Below, piece after piece: positions 14,029 to 26,800 of a stretch of DNA of 64,000 nt. The DNA is from Lingula anatina (lineage: Eukaryota > Animalia > Brachiopoda). The DNA lies in assembly GCA_051362555.1 (NCBI GenBank), contig CM120643.1, positions 21,766,848 to 21,830,847 on the forward strand. The letters run 5' to 3'. Each line of letters starts with the position of its first letter. Within the stretch, counting starts at the first letter, position 1. Position numbers and translations under genes: made by a program. The notes beneath the pieces were generated by a model. It did not search any database and was not told the DNA's origin. It saw only the letters and a program-made list of their open reading frames with translations.

Positions 14029-17000
14029 ATGGAAGGCAACAGAGAGACCGATCCACTACTTTCTAGGGGAAATGGGCTTCGCCATAGAGATCTTCATGCT
14101 AATCGGCATCACAAGGAACTGATAGACGTTGTAGATTTGGACATGCCCAAATTTCTGCCTAAATGCCCAGTTACAGTGGAGCCATACGCTTTTTTCTACT
14201 TCTTTGCCATACTTTCTTTGTTGTCAATATTTCCCCAGTATTTTTACAAGAGAATCGGCGAGGATCTCGGATATGTGGGTAATAAGTCAGATTCTGGCGC
14301 AGGGTGTGAAGGAAGTAATGGCACAAATAGTACCATGTATGCCTTACAGCAGAAGGTGCAGGCAGAGTCATCACTATGGCTAATGTACACAAGTATTTGT
14401 ACCCTGGTTCCAGCAATCATTGTCACTGTATTCTACGGAGGCCACAGTGACACATTTGGGCGAAAACCATCCTTGATTCTTCCCTGCATGGGCTCTTTAA
14501 TCAGAAGTGTGTTTACAGTATTTGCAGTTTATTTTGAGTGGCCTTTGTGGAGTTTTCTACCAGTGTGTTTTGTTGAAGGACTGTTTGGCCAGTATGCTAC
14601 TGCTCTTATGGGATGCTTCACATATATCTCCGATATTACCACGACAAAGAATCGTGCCTTCAGAATTGCAATCACTGACCTCTTGCTGTTATTTTCAATC
14701 GAGGCTTCTCAGATCTCAATGGGGTATCTCATTAAACTTTCTCCTAATTTTCTCATCCCCAACATCATTGTGACGGGCTCTTTGTGCTTAGCCTTACTTT
14801 ATGTTGTTTTCTGCCTGCCTGAACTCATACAGAAGGATCCCAACGCCAAACTGCTCGACCTGAAACATGTGCTCCGAATGGCTCAGCTGTATTTTCACAA
14901 ACCCGGGGAGAATTTACTAGGCAGAGTGTGGAAGTTGAGACTGTTATTGCTGGTTTTGTTCCTCAGTGCTATGTCCATGGTGTCCAGTTCAGCAGTGGAC
15001 ATGCTGTATCTACTCAACAGTCCTTTTTGCTGGACTAGTACCCAAATTGGATGGTTTAATGCTATTAATGCTTTAATTATACAGGTAAAGATTTTATTTT
15101 ATGTTATTAAAGTCAACTTAACTGTTTCATGTACTAGTGTTTGAAAAGATATTTATTATATCTTTACTTAAGGTTAGAAAAACATCCTCTCTTGCATGTA
15201 CTAGTACCTAGCTTGATTTTTAAAATATCTGAATAATTTGCCTACAACAATTATGATTATAGTAAGGCCACACTTTTTTATTTTTATGGATGACATCCTC
15301 TGGGGACCCCAAAGTCGGTGCGAGCGGGCGAAAAAAAAAAAACAGTCCAAAAAAAAAAAAAAAAAAAAAAAAACTGCTTAAGAAAAGTTATGTTTTCAGT
15401 ACACAGCTGGAAACACTAATTTACCACAGAAACACGTATCAAACTAACAACATGTCTTTATCCATGCTCTCAAAATATTAAAGCATTGTGAATAGGGCCT
15501 ACTTCGTAGAAAGGTAAAAAGTCATGAATATATATGCTGCATATTACCAAATCTATTCAAGGTTATTTCATGCATTCTGTCGGTATAGAAACCAATAAAA
15601 CAAATATCAAATAAATAGCGTGTCTTTATTTGTACTCTCAGAAAATTAAAGCATTGTAAACACTTCACAGAATTGTTAAAAAAATTAAGCAAAGATAGGC
15701 CTATGCTTCCTACTACTAAGGTAATTTCGGTCGATGCCATTTTGTCTACTTCGACTCACACGCTAGCAGCCAACTATCGGGTGGCCTGTCCGACCTTCAG
15801 TCCACCAAATACCGCGACGCTCTTGTCGACCCTTTTTTCGCTCCAAAAAGAAACTGGTATGTGCTGCTTTGGACAGAATGTCACTGAAATTTTCCGGGCG
15901 ATGATTGCTGGCCGCGGCCAGCCTTTCGTAAAATTGTAAAAGGGTGATATCTCCATGTCCAATATCAATGGCAAACCAATCCAAAACGACGGCCCCCGTT
16001 CTCTTTATGACTTTAATTGTCGTGTATTTTGAAATTAATGCTAGAGATGAAGTTGACGGCAAAACGGCCATATTTCCACGTGGTGATAATACGCATGCGC
16101 AGAAAGCTCATTTTCCACACTCGGAACTACTCGGATGTCTCCGCAGTCGACAATGACAGTATGGAGCTTGCGGAATTAGCAGAGAATTGCCGATTGCATT
16201 TTCCGGCAAATTCAATAACGATGTTTGCGACAACCGACTTCCTTTGGGGGGGGGGGGCGGTTTGGGGGGGGGGGGGGGGGGATTTTTTTTTTTTTTTTTT
16301 TGGAGAACGGACGAAAATCGGTGCGCGCGCAGGATGTCATCCATAAAATTAAAAAAGTGTGGCCTAATGACGAGACAAAGTTTTAAGAAATGTTTCTATC
16401 AATCTTCTTCTGATTCAATTTACTAGTAATTTAATGAGCACCTTTCTTTATTTCATTCCTTTTCTCTCTGGATCTTCTACATTATGCTCTTTATCAATTT
16501 TTATAACTGAATCTTAATGAATTTTATCACTTAGATCGCATTCACAACGAGTTGAGCCAGGCTTTACAAATCCTGGGGACTAAATATGGCAGTCGTACAT
16601 GAAAGAAAAACCACCTAATCTTTTAATAGTCTCTCCGCCTCTCACACGCCTCCCCACACGTCGTCCCTGCGGGGGGACAGTCATTAAATCTCAGCTCCAT
16701 TGGGACGACACATGGGGAGGTGTGTGAGAGGTGGAGAGACTATTAAAAGATTAGGCGTTTTTTTCTTTAATGTACGTCCGCCATATTTAGACCCCAGGAT
16801 TTGTAAAGCCTGGCTCAACTCGTTGTGAATGCGATCTTATTATTGTAGCATCATGTGAACATTACTTCTTGTCTTATATGATAATACAAGTAATATTGTG
16901 GCTATAATTATTTGATAAATATTTATTCTTTTGTGTATTTACATATCATTTAAAATCTATTGAATCAGATTAATTAATTTATCTTGTTGAAAAAAATTTT

Positions 17001-19541
17001 TAGTGAATAATTAGGATTTTTCCCTTTTTTTTAGGCTGGTAGCTTTGTGGGTCTGCTCATAATGAGAAAGCTATTGAAGATAAAGGAAGCGTATATTGCA
17101 CAAATGGCCATGGTGCTGGTGTTTGCAAACAAGATCCTGGTGGCTTTTGCACAATATGACTACATGATGTATATTTGTAAGTATGTTATATTGATGAGAT
17201 TTTGATGTGATAAAAATGTATTGTTTCCAGTATTTTACCTCTAAGGCTGCATTCACAACAACAGTCTGCAGGTCAAATATGGCAGACACACTTGAGTGCT
17301 TGTAGTGTAATCCCCGCGGGGAATCTATTCAGTTTGTATTAGGAGATTAGATGGCAAGCTTTGAAGTGAGTCCCCATATTTGATCCACATACTTAATAGT
17401 CTGCTCTTTTGAATGCAGCCTTAGATGTGATTTTTGGACCCTATAGCAAAATGTGTCATTATAAAGGTAAAAACATTTCTAGTTTCCTTAGCACTATACA
17501 CCTTTTACTTTCATTACACAAGAGACTGAAAACCCTATTCACCAAAGTTTTTAATTAATATTTTGAAATTCACTTTCTGAGTACTTAAATTACTAGTACT
17601 TGGCACACCAAAATAGTTTCATAAGATAAGACATATTCTAACTTAATTTCATATGATATTTTTGGATTGAAAGTGTATACCTACTTATTGTTTGTTCAAT
17701 ACAATATATCGCATCATGTACAGAGTGCTACTTTGATGTTTTGTTTTTTTTCTTTTCTGCAATTTCAAATATTTTTTAGACCAAATAGGTATCATGTTGA
17801 TTTGGAATATATGAAGTAATTGCAGTTTTATGTTGTTGTATTCCAGCATGTTTTGTTAACATGTTTTTCTTCCTGATTATCCCAATGTTGCGAGCCTTGA
17901 TGTCAGAGCAGGTGACACATCACGAGCAAGGTAAATACAGCCATGTGTTTTGTCTCGATTGGGAAGTAAAATCTTATGTTTGTTCACCTGGGTTAGTGTG
18001 CATATGTGGGTGTGTCGGTGCGTGTTTTACAAACAAACTACCACAGATGAAAGTCTTCCTGATTTTTTAGGATATTTATATATTTTGGCATTGTATTTAT
18101 TCCCCCTGGACGTCCAAATACAGTTATGTGCCTTTGGGCCTTTTATGTTCAATTTTTTATAAGGTCCACTTTTATTTCTGAACTACAATCAGTTAAAAAA
18201 TTAAAAGAAATGTGAACAGATATATTCATTCCAAAGAAACTTTAATTTTAAAAGCAGTAATTGGGCAGTGATGCTCTTTCAGTCACTAAGTCGTGTATGT
18301 TGCCCATGGAATGACTAATACTTACAAGTGCATTTTATATAAAAACGTTTCTTAGATCTGTTGAAACTCCAGTTCCCAATTCACCTTGTATTTTACACTA
18401 CAGGAGAGGGAGAGATTGATGCACACATTTTTCATTTGTTTTTAAATTAATAAAGGTACCTGCATTATATATAAGAAGAGTTTTTAAAGGCTGTAACAGT
18501 GTTACAGCTGCTTTAACAGTTTAAATCATGCACAAAATTTCAAATCATTTGAGTTCTTTGACTATTAATATTGATCATGTTTTAAAGTCAATTATATTGT
18601 TTCAATCTGCATATTTCCAGGCTCACTATTTGCCAGCATCTCTGCTGTTGAGAACTCGTGCAGTTTATTTGGAGGCACTCTCTTCAATTCTATCTACACT
18701 GCCACTGTTGCCTGGTTCAGGGGATTTGTCTATTTTGTGATTGCTGCATTTTATGTGCTCTCTTTTTCGGTACTAAGGTAATATCAATTAGTTTTACTAA
18801 TTTAAATTGGCAAAGTGACATAGATGTCGGTTGATTATGATTTATCTCGTATACTCTCAGTTTAAATTATTGATCATACTGTGAGTGTCTAATACAACCA
18901 TGTGTACCTGGATCTGTGTAATCTATGCTAAAGCACAAGATGCCTCTTGTATTTGCAGGCCAATGAGATGGCAATATGTTTGGATATTTATTTCGTAATT
19001 GTAATTCTGTAGCCATTTTGATTTTTCTAGTGTTTGAACATTAATTTTCTGCTTGGAATAAGCAGTTTACCTTTTTGTTACTGTTGGGTCAAAATGTCCC
19101 TGCTTTGTCATTACCTTCACACTAATACTCTCCCACAAAGTTTCTCTTTCTCAATGGTCTTTGAGTAACGATTAAAAAATAACACCTTTGGATCCTTGTA
19201 AAGCAGGTTTTTGATTTCAAAAAACTTTTGTATTTGCAATACTGTGTGTGTGTAAGGTTGAGGGTAAATAACAGTGAGGAGGGGGTGTGACGGGGGGGGG
19301 GGATGTGAAGGGATGTAAGCAATTAAAATGGACACAAACTTTGGAAAAAATATTCATACCAATGCTTTACATAATTGTTATATTTATTATTATTATACTT
19401 GTCATTTGGATATGCTATTATAATTACAGTGTGTACTCCTGTAAGACACGTGGTGAGAGCCCCCCTGTGATAGAAGTTGAAACCCCTGAAGATGATGATG
19501 AGGAGGAAAGATCAAGAAATAGGGATGAAATTAGTTCCTAA
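14029..19541 (+). CDS. SLC46-family MFS transporter (PCFT/SLC46A3-like), paralogue B
   Basis: Exons 14029-15084, 17035-17176, 17847-17930, 18621-18777, 19430-19541 are in phase. Motifs: VTVEP, YGGHSDTFGRK, YISDIT..RAFRIAI, PFCWTSTQIG, LRALMS..HEQGSLF. The N-terminus has an ETDPLL dileucine motif. Confidence 0.92.
15266..16364. mobile_element. PIF/Harbinger-type non-autonomous element (MITE)
   Basis: About 34-bp TIRs (ggccacacttttttatttttatggatgacatcct / aggatgtcatccataaaattaaaaaagtgtggcc) with TAA on both sides (15263-15265, 16365-16367). Confidence 0.85.
16534..16836. mobile_element. Palindromic PIF/Harbinger-type MITE
   Basis: Long inverted arms (gatcgcattcacaacgagttgagccaggctttacaaatcctgggg...) with TTA on both sides (16531-16533, 16837-16839). 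Confidence 0.85.
17245..17420. mobile_element. Short degenerate MITE related to 16534-16836
   Basis: TIR ggctgcattca / tgaatgcagcc, flanked by TAA and TTA; shares gcattcacaac and aaatatggc with the preceding element. Confidence 0.55.
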
Positions 19542-19871
19542 AGCATTTGACTTAAATTATTGCCTGAAGAGCATTTATAAAGAATTTTTTGTCGAACTAT
19601 TTGCCATCAAATTGTCTTTTTACATCCAAATAGAAATGCTTGGATTTCTTTGAATTATACATTATATAAGTAAATATTATTTATTCTTTTACATTTTTAT
19701 ATAAAATATGAACCCTGTTCTCATCTTAAATGCTACTAACAATATTTAATCTCGGGTAAATATTTAAGGTTATTTTTTATAACATATCATGTTGTTTATA
19801 TATAACAGTATTTATATATTTACTAAAAAGGTTAAAAGATGCATTTAACTTTTCAATGCTATGATATTTTA

Positions 19872-20204
19872 ATAAACCTCTGCCAAGGAGGTGGCTTACA
19901 CTTCTATTTGTACATCACCAGCGTAAGTAAATGTTATGGAATCCCTATGCATTTTGATGAAAATTTCAGAATAGCTTGAAAATTGGCTTAATTAAAAGTG
20001 ATTACATTGTAGTGGTGATCCCGAATTACTTTTGGATCCAAGAATTTCATTAAGGAACCTTTATCATTGTGAGATAGGGTTTTGGGCCTTGACCCCAAAA
20101 TCATTGAAAGGTGTTATAAGGTTATGCATGTCCTCTCAACTACCACAATTTTATCAGTGTTAAGTCCTTGGTGGAGTCTGCTCTCTCAGAGTGCTTTTAT
20201 AGTT
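19872..20204 (+). mobile_element. Second HINE/DINE-1-like family element, degenerate, in the likely 3' UTR of SLC46 paralogue B
   Basis: 5' acctctgccaaggaggt fold-back, 3' subTIR ccttggtggag, and a terminal hairpin gctctctcagagtgc followed by ttttatagtt. Confidence 0.5.
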
Positions 20205-20878
20205 ATTGTATTTAATTTTTTTAAAATGCATTTAGACGTTTTGCATATTATACATGTAACTGTTGAATCATCAAGTTTAAGCATATTTGAAAAGAACAAA
20301 AATATGAAAGAGTATGAAGATCTGAATGATTACTTACAATACGAACACATGCAAGCATTACACATTCAAAATATAAAGAAATGTCTTCATTTCATTATTC
20401 TTGATAGGATTTTCACAATAAAAATTTATTTACAAGAGTTGGCATTGTTCCATGATATCCTAACCATTGGTTCCATCAAACAGCTCAGAACGTTCAAAAA
20501 GAGAAATTATACTGATCCACTAATAATCATCAATTCAGACTTCTCTTCATGATATTTGTTGTATAAACAATTTGGCCAAGACAAGTTGAAATGAATATAC
20601 CTCTTTTCCTTATTGTAATTTCCCAAATATATTTGCCGATGGGGATGTCCAGACTCAATTTCTGGAATACCCCCTGATGAAAATGTGCCTCTGCATTTTC
20701 GAACCTCGTGTTTCATGTCTTGCATAAAGCACAAACTGGTCTCAAATAAAAAAAAAAAAAAAAAAAAAAAAGATTCTTGTTTCAAAATTCCCTATAATCA
20801 ATCTGAGTAATAAATGAGTTCCAAGGCCAAATAGCTAAGATACCAATTCTAAAGTTCCATCTATATTATTTTGATAAT

Positions 20879-23800
20879 TTAATACTTCTTCCTTGACTTG
20901 TGCCACCAAAGAGAGAGGGGTAAAAAGTGTTTTCTTCGCTGCAATTTTGAGTGAAAGACATCAAAGTCAAACTCCTGTAGCTGCTGCAGGTAGGAATTAC
21001 AGGACACCTAAGAAAATAAATATAAGTAATGATAGTAAGGACAGTCAAGTGGGGAAAAAGCACATCATTTGGGAATTTCAAAATACACCATAAACGTTAA
21101 CTTTATGATACTGAAAATTTACGACTGATACTTGACATAAATTTTGTACAGTGTATTACTATTGGCATATCTGAAAACAAACAAATTAAAATGCAAAATC
21201 CATTTTAAAAGTTGTCTTTCAATGACTTTAAAATTTCTTAATTCTTTGGCACAAAAACATGCTTCCCCACTGTGCCTTCCCATCCCTTCCTTCACAAGCC
21301 TTATGCAATCAAGGATCCACCAGACTGAGTGTAATTTCATTGAAGTGTGCACTTACTGTTGACAAAAAAGTGACATATGCCTCCTTGGGGATATTTGGTT
21401 GCAATGTTCTAGCCTGAAATAATGGATGGTATCGCATTCAGATAAATCTTAATTATAATAATTTTCACTCTGAACAAGATAATTGTCAAACCTTGGCATT
21501 TGATAACAAATTTTCTTTGTAAACCATGCATCAAAGTTTTCCTTTTATATTTTTAATCATAAATACATGATTGGGATTGATAATGAATTACAGAAAACAA
21601 TAACTCAATATGTAAAGTACATGTTGTTGGGTTTTGCAAACCATATCAAACTTTTACATTGAATTACCACTGATAAGAAATTTGTATCATTATTATCTAT
21701 CTGAGTAATACTACCTTTTTCAAATGACTTTGTGCTTGGCTGGCAATATCAAACATGGCATCCCTAACTGGCTGCTCCTGACTTCCCCTAGCTATACTCG
21801 TCTCTGATACATTGTGCTGAAAACAATTTCTTTAATTAAATATATAATGATTAAATAGTGACACATTTTTAAAATAACAATTTCTGACATTCATCCAAAT
21901 AGAACAAATACAGTGGGCACTATTTGAGAGCATAAATATATATCAAAATATTAATCAAATATGAAAGAAATTTTGTAAATAAGATACTAAAAGGAATATA
22001 TGAAAAAATCACAAAAGAAAAGACATTCATCCTGTTACCTTCATGAGTAGTTCATATGGGATGTAAACTCTCCCTCTGCCAGAGTGATATGGCACTGACC
22101 TCAGTGCTGTGACTATACCCACTGCTTTACCTATATGACTGGCTGCATGGTCTGCATGAATATCTTCAACACCTAGTTGTACAGAAATTCAACATATATT
22201 AGTAATAGTACGGTAATTCTCCAATCTATACGAACGATTTAAATTAATTATTTTTGGAAGATAATCGTTTTGTTCGTAAGGCTTGAAATTCAGTCTGCTA
22301 AAAATTGCCACGCGTTCGTATCCATTGAAATACGAATGGAATACGGCTGTACCGGAAGTTATTTCCACTTACCTAACATTGCTAAGTGTAAGCATTACTT
22401 TCAGATTAAATCACTGTGATCAGCTTTTAGCACAAACAAATTATTCTTGCGATATTGCAATGAATAAAAACAAACTAAACAAAAGTCGGGAATTCAACAA
22501 TTTCTTCATACTAAAGAGTTACATTTCTCCCAAGACAAGACAACATCGTTTTTCCCTGTTATGTTTTACCAAGACAGGACAACATCGTTTTTCCCAACTT
22601 CTGTCAAAAACAGACAAGAATATTTGCGAATCCAGTTGCATATTTTATTCATTGCGTGTTTACTTTTAATATGATTTCACATATAGAAAATTTGCAATAC
22701 TAATAATGTCACCCCCCATTAGGCTTACATAAATTTCTTCCGCCAAAACAAAATACTTGAAACTCCTCACAGTAGATATCACTGATGTTATTAGAGATTA
22801 TACTTGTAACATTATCTTCTTGTTTTTGGTAAATGTCATCAAAGTTCACAAGCTTCCATTAGTGGCATTTTTTGAATGACCCTTGGTCACCTACAGATTA
22901 CACTTGATGACAGTTCTCAGCCATTGTTAAAGTAAACAGGTGTTCCTCATACTTTTTAATGTACATGTATATACAAGCCTAACACTTCATAATAAACTTT
23001 CGTAGAAGTCAGACGCATTGTTGTTGTCTCTCTCCTGAATAGAGTCCAGCACGTTGGACTCAGTAAAGAGCCATCATATTACATGGTGTCAGAAGTGGTT
23101 GCCAGACATAGGCAACAGTGACGATCCGTGGCAGTTTTAACATTGTGTTAACTGTTAGCATGGAACTCACTCGACAAAGCTGTGCAGATAGCCCAGTCGT
23201 ACGAGTATTCAATGGAACAACTCAAGACAATGGGAAAAGAGGTCAGCAGCATTAAGAAACAACCTCCACGTACAGGCAACTGGAGACATGTGAACAGACA
23301 GAAGAAACAGCAAAAGCAGGACAGACATGAGTGTAACAATTGTGGCTACGAGCATGCCAAGACTGATAGATGTCCGGCTAAGGGTAAACAGTGTAATAAC
23401 TGTAAGAAATTCAATCACTTTGCTAAAAAATGTCGCAAAAGTATTGCTAAAAAACATGTTAATGAGTTGCAAGCTTTGCCAGATCAGCCCGATTCTGATT
23501 CTGATTCAGATTCACAATTTATTGTAGATAGTATTGACATGTCAGAGGGTTTAGATCAAGCATTTTGCCATGTAGAAATTGGTCCAGCAAAGATCAGTGT
23601 TAAGTTTAAGATTGACACAGGTTCTCAAGTGAACATTTTACCCAAGCATGTGTTTGACTCAATAGGTCATGTAGACGACCTGAAACCTCCTAGTCAGAAG
23701 CTTACTGCTTATAATGGTCATTCACTAAAAAACTTAGGGTCTGCAAATTTCACTTGTCAGTATAAGAAAAAGTCCATTGAACTTCTGTTTCACGTCGTTG

Positions 23801-26800
23801 ATACAGAATCTTCACCGATACTTGGTTTGAAAGCATGTATGGACTTGTGCCTGATTAAGTTAGTGTATGCGTGCGATGTAGATGCTGATGTGAAGCGAGA
23901 GCTGGTCGGAAAAAGAGATTCTAGTAAACCCAGCCAAAGTCTGAACAAATCCGAGTTTGGTAAAGACCAAATATTGCATGAATACAAAGACGTATTCGAG
24001 GGTATAGGATTGTTCCCAGGTGAATGTGTAATTCACACTGATCCCGACGTAATTCCTGTTGTTCACCCCCCTCGCAAAGTGCCGCATGCACTTCATGAAA
24101 AGCTCAAAAATGAACTTGAGCGTATGGAGAAGCTTGATGTGATTTGTAAAGTCACAGAGCCCACAGAATGGGTAAATTCTCTAGTGATTGTTGAGAAGCC
24201 TGAATCAAGCTCAGGTAAGGTACGTGTGTGCCTGGATCCCAAAGACCTAAATAGAGCTATTTTGAGACCCCATTACCCCCCTAGAACATTAGAAGAAGTA
24301 TTACCCCAGTTAGCAGGTGCTCAATACTTCAGTAAGTTGGATGCAAGGTCAGGGTATTGGACAATTAAACTATCCACAGAATCCTCATACCTTACGACGT
24401 TTAATACGCCATTTGGTAGATACAGATATCTGCGACTGCCTTTTGGTTTGAGATCGTCGCAGGATGAGTTTCAGAGAAGGGTAGACGAAAATTTTGAGGG
24501 TCTTGACGGTATAATAGCCTTAGTAGATGACATCATAGTGTTTGGAAAAAACAGAGAACAGCATGACCGAAATCTGCGTAATGTTTTACAAAGGTCACGT
24601 GAGTGTGGGATCAAACTCAACAGAGAAAAAATGGAAATCGGCGTGACTAAAGTAAAATATTTTGGTCACATTATCACATCAAAAGGCTTAGAGCCTGACC
24701 CGGAAAAGGTCAAAGCAATTAGGGAGATGAAAGCCCCGACTAATAAGAAAGAGTTAGAGACTTTTCTGGGTATGGTGACATACCTAGCTAAATTTGCTCC
24801 CAACCTTTCAGAGATTACCACCCCCCTTCGCAAGTTACTTGCAAAAGACATGATTTTTCATTGGATCGATGAGCATGAGAAAGCTCTCAATGAAGTAAAA
24901 GAGGTAATCACAGCGGCCCCAAGTCCTACGTTAACGTATTTTGACCCCAGCCAGGTCACTACCTTACAGACTGATGCCTCTAAGTATGGTCTAGGAGCTG
25001 CACTGTTGCAGGATGGAAAACCCATAGCTTATGCATCCAAAGCTCTCAATACATCAGAAATCAACTATGCCCAAATAGAAAAAGAAATGTTTGGGATAGT
25101 TTTTGGGTGTAAGAGATTTCACCAATACGTTTATGGCCGTAAAGTAGTAGTGGAGACAGACCACAAACCTTTAATTCCTATATTCAAGAAGCCCTTGAAT
25201 ACAGCCCCTCCACGCTTGCAGAGAATGCTGTTACAATTACAGCGATACGATCTGGAGGTAATTTACAAACCAGGTACACAGATACCACTTGCAGACACAT
25301 TGTCTCGCAATTTTGTAAAAGACACCTACCCAGAGCTCGCTAAAGGAATGGATGCACACGTACATGCAGTGCTCTCAAAAATTCCTATTAGTGATAGAAA
25401 GTTAGACGAAATTCGTCAAGAAACTGAACAAACTGAACAGTTTCAGACTTTGCGCAAAACCGTTTTAAATGGTTGGCCTGTTAAAAGGAGTGATTGCCCC
25501 TCTGAGATTATAGAATTTTGGAATCACAGAGACGAATTGTCTTACATTGATGGCCTACTGCTCAAAGGTCAAAAGGTTATCGTACCCCAGAAACTAAGGG
25601 TGAAAATGCTGCATTCTATACACACAGGTCACAAAGGAATAGAGAAATGCCAAAAACGAGCCAGATCAGCAATTTTTTGGCCAGGCATGTCAGGTGACAT
25701 TAATGATTTTGTTTCCAAGTGCCCCATTTGTCTCATGCAAAGAAATAACAACCCTAAACAACCTTTGCAGCCACACCCCATCCCTGATTACCCCTGGCAA
25801 ACAGTTGCCACTGATTTGTTTACATGGGATGGAAAGGATTTCATAGTTGTAGTTGATTATTACAGTCGATACTTTGAAGTAGCTCAACTTACCTCTACTC
25901 AAAGTTATCAGGTAATCAGCAAGTTAAAGGTTATATTTGCTAGATTTGGAATCCCAGAAACTGTCATTTCAGACAATGGTCCTCAATACGCCTCTCAGGA
26001 GTTCACTGATTTCTCTAAGCAATATGATTTCAAACATGTGACCTCCAGCCCCAATTACCCTCAGTCCAACGGACTAGCTGAGAAATATGTCCAAATTGTA
26101 AAGAGACTGTTTGAAAAGTCAAAGTCTGATAAATCTGACCCTAATTTGGCCTTATTGGAATACAGGGTGTCCCCCCTTGACATCGGATACTCCCCAGCGC
26201 AGTTATTACAAGGACGGCAGTTGCGTTCTGTTTTACCTGCCACCAGTCAACAGTTGTGTCCCCAGTTCATTGATCCTGGAAAGGTCAAACATAAGATAGA
26301 TTCAAGTCGTCAAAAGCAGAAGAAATTTTATGACCATGGTTCCCGACCCCTTCCCCCTATAACTGTAGGTGAGTCAGTCAGATTTCAGCGAAATGACAAG
26401 TTATGGAAACCTGCCAATGTCATTGATAAGGTGAATGAAAATTCATTTGTTTTACAAGCTCCTAATGGTGGTATATATCGACGTAACAGGCGTCATATTC
26501 TCAAAACAAAAGAGCCCAATGTTCCTCATGACACTGACCCAAAAGTGCCTATTTGCACTGAGAATCTGGTTAATAAATCCAGTGATCTTAAAATTCTAGC
26601 AGATCACCCAGAGCCTGCTGTAAATGCCCCAGTTAAGTCCCCAGTTAAAGTCAAATCAACCCCTCAGAAAGATGAATGTCATACACCCCAGCCCTATGTA
26701 ACACGAGCTGGCAGAGTTTGCAAACAAAAAATTATAGAATCTATGTAATTTTTGCAAAGTGATATAAAAGACTTTAGAGGAAATTACCCTTGGACAAAAG

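Noticed and set aside
24520-24531. LVDD instead of YxDD in the reverse transcriptase as a sign of inactivity
   Set aside because: Both catalytic aspartates are present, and non-Tyr residues at this position occur in Mag-like Gypsy elements.
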